A stretch of 38,985 bases of DNA from Bacteroidia bacterium (GTDB lineage: Bacteria > Bacteroidota > Bacteroidia > Cytophagales > Cyclobacteriaceae). Below, one piece after another: positions 36,712-38,985 of this stretch. The first letter of the stretch is position 1. Every line of letters starts with the position of its first letter. The position numbers and the translations under genes were made by a program. The DNA is taken from the NCBI GenBank assembly GCA_016650355.1, contig JAENVX010000083.1, positions 1-38,985 on the forward strand. Reading direction: 5' to 3'. The notes beneath the pieces are model-generated. The model was not told the DNA's origin, ran no database searches, and worked only from the letters and a program-made list of their open reading frames with translations.

Positions 36712-38415
36712 TTAGATTACGACCAACTCCTTTTTTGATTTTTTACGTTTTGACTCCGATGCATCAGCCATATACATTTTTTCGTAATACTCACGAGCCA
36801 TTCTGTTCGAGTCAAACATGGGAATGATGTCTTTCATACTTTGTTTCATAACCTTCATCCAGGCCTTTGGCTTATCATAATACATTGGAAGTACTTCTTT
36901 TTCCAATAAAGTAAGCAGGTTATTATTATCAGTGTCATCCTCCATTTCCACATTACTTTCATCTTCCGCAGGAGTAATAACGAAGCAATTTTCACCATGC
37001 TTGGAAAATTCAGGTACCCATCCATCAGGGATAGAAACATTAATTGATCCATTCATAGCTGCCGTCATACCACTTGTACCCGAGGCTTCGCGATACATAC
37101 GTGGATTATTCAACCAAACATCAGAGCCTTTTTTCAACAAACCAGAGAGTTCCATTTCATAACCAGTAACCACAGCACAATTAGCAAACTCTTTCGTCTT
37201 AAACATTATATCATTAAACATATCGACGGACCCATAGTCCTCCGGATAAGGTTTTCCAGCCCAAATTAACTGCACTGGATATTTTTCATTGGAGACCAAT
37301 TTTTTAAAACGATCAAAATCTCTTAGAAGCAAGTTTGCGCGCTTATATCCCGCAAAGCGTCTGGCCCAAACAATGGTAATAACATTTTCATCAAAGATTT
37401 TACCTGTTTGATTTGCCACAACTTTGAAAAGCTCACGTTTCATTTGCTTTTTCCTAAGTGCCAAGCCTTTGTCATCACCTGCCTTTAGGAAAGTATCAAG
37501 TTGGGTATCTAGCCAGTAGGTCTTGTTTTGGGCGTTAGTGATTTCCGTAATGTCACAGATTCCATCATAGCCTTCCCACATCTTCCTCGAGACAACGCCA
37601 TGCAAATAAGAAACACCATTTGCCTTGTTTGACATACGCAGTGCGGCTAATGTGTAACTAAGATTATGCTCATCCGGTGCTGACAATTTTAAAACCGTTT
37701 CCCGATCGGATCCTTGCAGAAAACCAAGGACTTCCAATGTTTTGATTGAATGTTCTTCGTTTCCAGCCTTTTCAGGAGTGTGGGTGGTAAACACCACTCT
37801 CTTCTTCACCTCCTCTAAGTCCTTGTATTTATTGAGGAGATAAAAACATAATGGCAGTGCATGCCCTTCGTTCATGTGATATATCTCTGTTTTTCTTTCT
37901 AGTACATCCAGTAATTTGGCACCACCAACACCCAACAAGATCGACTGTGCAATACGTGCTGACTCGTGAGAATCATAAAGTCGATGGCAAATCGATTGTG
38001 CTAAATAATCATTTTCACCAATGTCAGTACTTAACAAAAACATTGGCACCGTATTGAAAACATCTGGCTTAAGTAAGAATGCTTTTACGTGAACTGTATG
38101 ATTGTGAATAGTAATTGGAAACACTATGCCTGTGTCCGTTAAAAACGAGTAGTCTTTTTGGACATAGTTAGCCCTGAGTGTTCCATCTTTATTTCGCTCC
38201 TGATCATAGTAACCGTACTTCCACAATATGCCTATGCCAATTAAATTTTGCTTGAGTTCAAACGCGCTGCGCATGTGCGATCCTGCCAAAAAACCCAATC
38301 CTCCACTATATATTTTCAAAGGTTGGTCCACGGCAAACTCCATAGAGAAATAAGCCACAGGTTTAGTGTATTTTTTATCGAATTTGTAGGGGAAAAGATT
38401 AGAAAGAATAGTCAT
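36712..38415 (-). CDS. glgP: Short alpha-glucan phosphorylase (GT35) with atypical PLP motif
   Basis: YFSMEF, YSGGLGFLAG, HMNEGH, FTTHTP, ARRFAGYKR, EASGTSGMTAAMNG; ATG 38415 preferred. Confidence 0.88.
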   Translation of the reverse strand: MTILSNLFPYKFDKKYTKPVAYFSMEFAVDQPLKIYSGGLGFLAGSHMRSAFELKQNLIGIGILWKYGYYDQERNKDGTLRANYVQKDYSFLTDTGIVFPITIHNHTVHVKAFLLKPDVFNTVPMFLLSTDIGENDYLAQSICHRLYDSHESARIAQSILLGVGGAKLLDVLERKTEIYHMNEGHALPLCFYLLNKYKDLEEVKKRVVFTTHTPEKAGNEEHSIKTLEVLGFLQGSDRETVLKLSAPDEHNLSYTLAALRMSNKANGVSYLHGVVSRKMWEGYDGICDITEITNAQNKTYWLDTQLDTFLKAGDDKGLALRKKQMKRELFKVVANQTGKIFDENVITIVWARRFAGYKRANLLLRDFDRFKKLVSNEKYPVQLIWAGKPYPEDYGSVDMFNDIMFKTKEFANCAVVTGYEMELSGLLKKGSDVWLNNPRMYREASGTSGMTAAMNGSINVSIPDGWVPEFSKHGENCFVITPAEDESNVEMEDDTDNNNLLTLLEKEVLPMYYDKPKAWMKVMKQSMKDIIPMFDSNRMAREYYEKMYMADASESKRKKSKKELVVI

Positions 38416-38519
38416 GCAAGTAGGAATCCAGTTAGTTTTCTTGAATTTGGATCGCGAATCTAACAAATGAGGGGCAATTCAGTTCAATAAATCAGTGTAG
38501 GGAAAGAAAAAGTCTACCG

Positions 38520-38561
38520 CAATCGATTGATAAGAGCATTTTCTGTAAGGAAAAATCGATT
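38520..38561. promoter_or_regulatory. Paired LacI-like operators upstream of glgP
   Basis: CAATCGATTG (38520-38529) and AATCGATT (38554-38561), centres 33 bp apart. Confidence 0.5.
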
Positions 38562-38640
38562 AATGTCCATCCTTAGAAATAATTTGTCCCCTCAAGTTGA
38601 TTCATAATATTAAGTAGTTAACCACTGATCACGAAACGTT

Positions 38641-38985
38641 TTACATGTATTTCAACGCGATTGAAACCTTCATTTCTCCGACAAAACTAAATTTTGCTTT
38701 TTCGAAAGATGGCGGTCCGAACATACCCATCGCATCGTTGGAGAACCCAAAACCCTCCTTTGGAATTCCAAAAGCATTTGAATCGAGTTCATCATTTTCA
38801 TTTGCATCGTGCATTACCGAGATCGCATAATCTCCAGGAGCAACATTTTCAAACGTGACCTCAACTTCACCAATTTTTGATACAGTAGTTTTCCCTTGAA
38901 GACTTTTGTTAGTGAAATCTTTCTCATTGTCGAATAATGCAACAGCAATCCTTCCGGTTGCTTCTTTAACATTTTTTATTACTAC
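38641..38985 (-). CDS. DUF2141-family protein, C-terminal part (start beyond window)
   Basis: Manual translation ...GDYAISVMHDANENDELDSNAFGIPKEGFGFSNDAMGMFGPPSFEKAKF...LKYM*; not in the ORF track. Confidence 0.88.
   Translation of the reverse strand, partial: VVIKNVKEATGRIAVALFDNEKDFTNKSLQGKTTVSKIGEVEVTFENVAPGDYAISVMHDANENDELDSNAFGIPKEGFGFSNDAMGMFGPPSFEKAKFSFVGEMKVSIALKYM

Noticed and set aside
264-38830. Many 60-105 aa antisense or alternate-frame ORFs (e.g. 264-563, 23262-23576, 29906-30223, 38645-38830)
   Set aside because: They shadow well-supported genes and show no recognisable motifs.

Overview
Densely coding, AT-rich chromosomal window from a Bacteroidota bacterium, probably Cytophagales (inferred from gene content, the DUF4295/rpmG/ftsY order, TAnnTTTG promoters and Gln after signal peptides). 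The left half is mostly housekeeping: the rpmB end, rpmG, DUF4295, ftsY, DUF6048/DUF6452, rimO, bshC, 5-formyl-THF cyclo-ligase, a TonB receptor/DUF4249/MG2-plug trio, aguA/aguB, mnmD, ispF, a cupin, an M16 peptidase, pyrH and frr. The right half holds a Tat isomerase, a K+ channel, a MOSC-SCO-cytochrome c operon and a CooA-like Crp regulator. It also has a glycosyltransferase/rhodanese/4Fe-4S/flavoprotein/DUF547 cluster of the kind usually linked to the arsenosugar radical SAM ArsS, though no arsS is in this window. That cluster is split by an opposite-strand cassette: beta-barrel, exported TPR-CHAT protease, beta-barrel. Top signals: (1) a short GT35 glucan phosphorylase whose PLP-binding Lys is Thr; (2) a perfect TGTCA-N6-TGACA box matching the CooA-type helix of the local Crp, which itself has Trp in place of the conserved Arg; (3) the ArsS-less cluster; (4) the barrel-CHAT-barrel cassette. 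I saw no tRNA, rRNA, CRISPR array or transposase. Family names come from motif recognition, not database searches.
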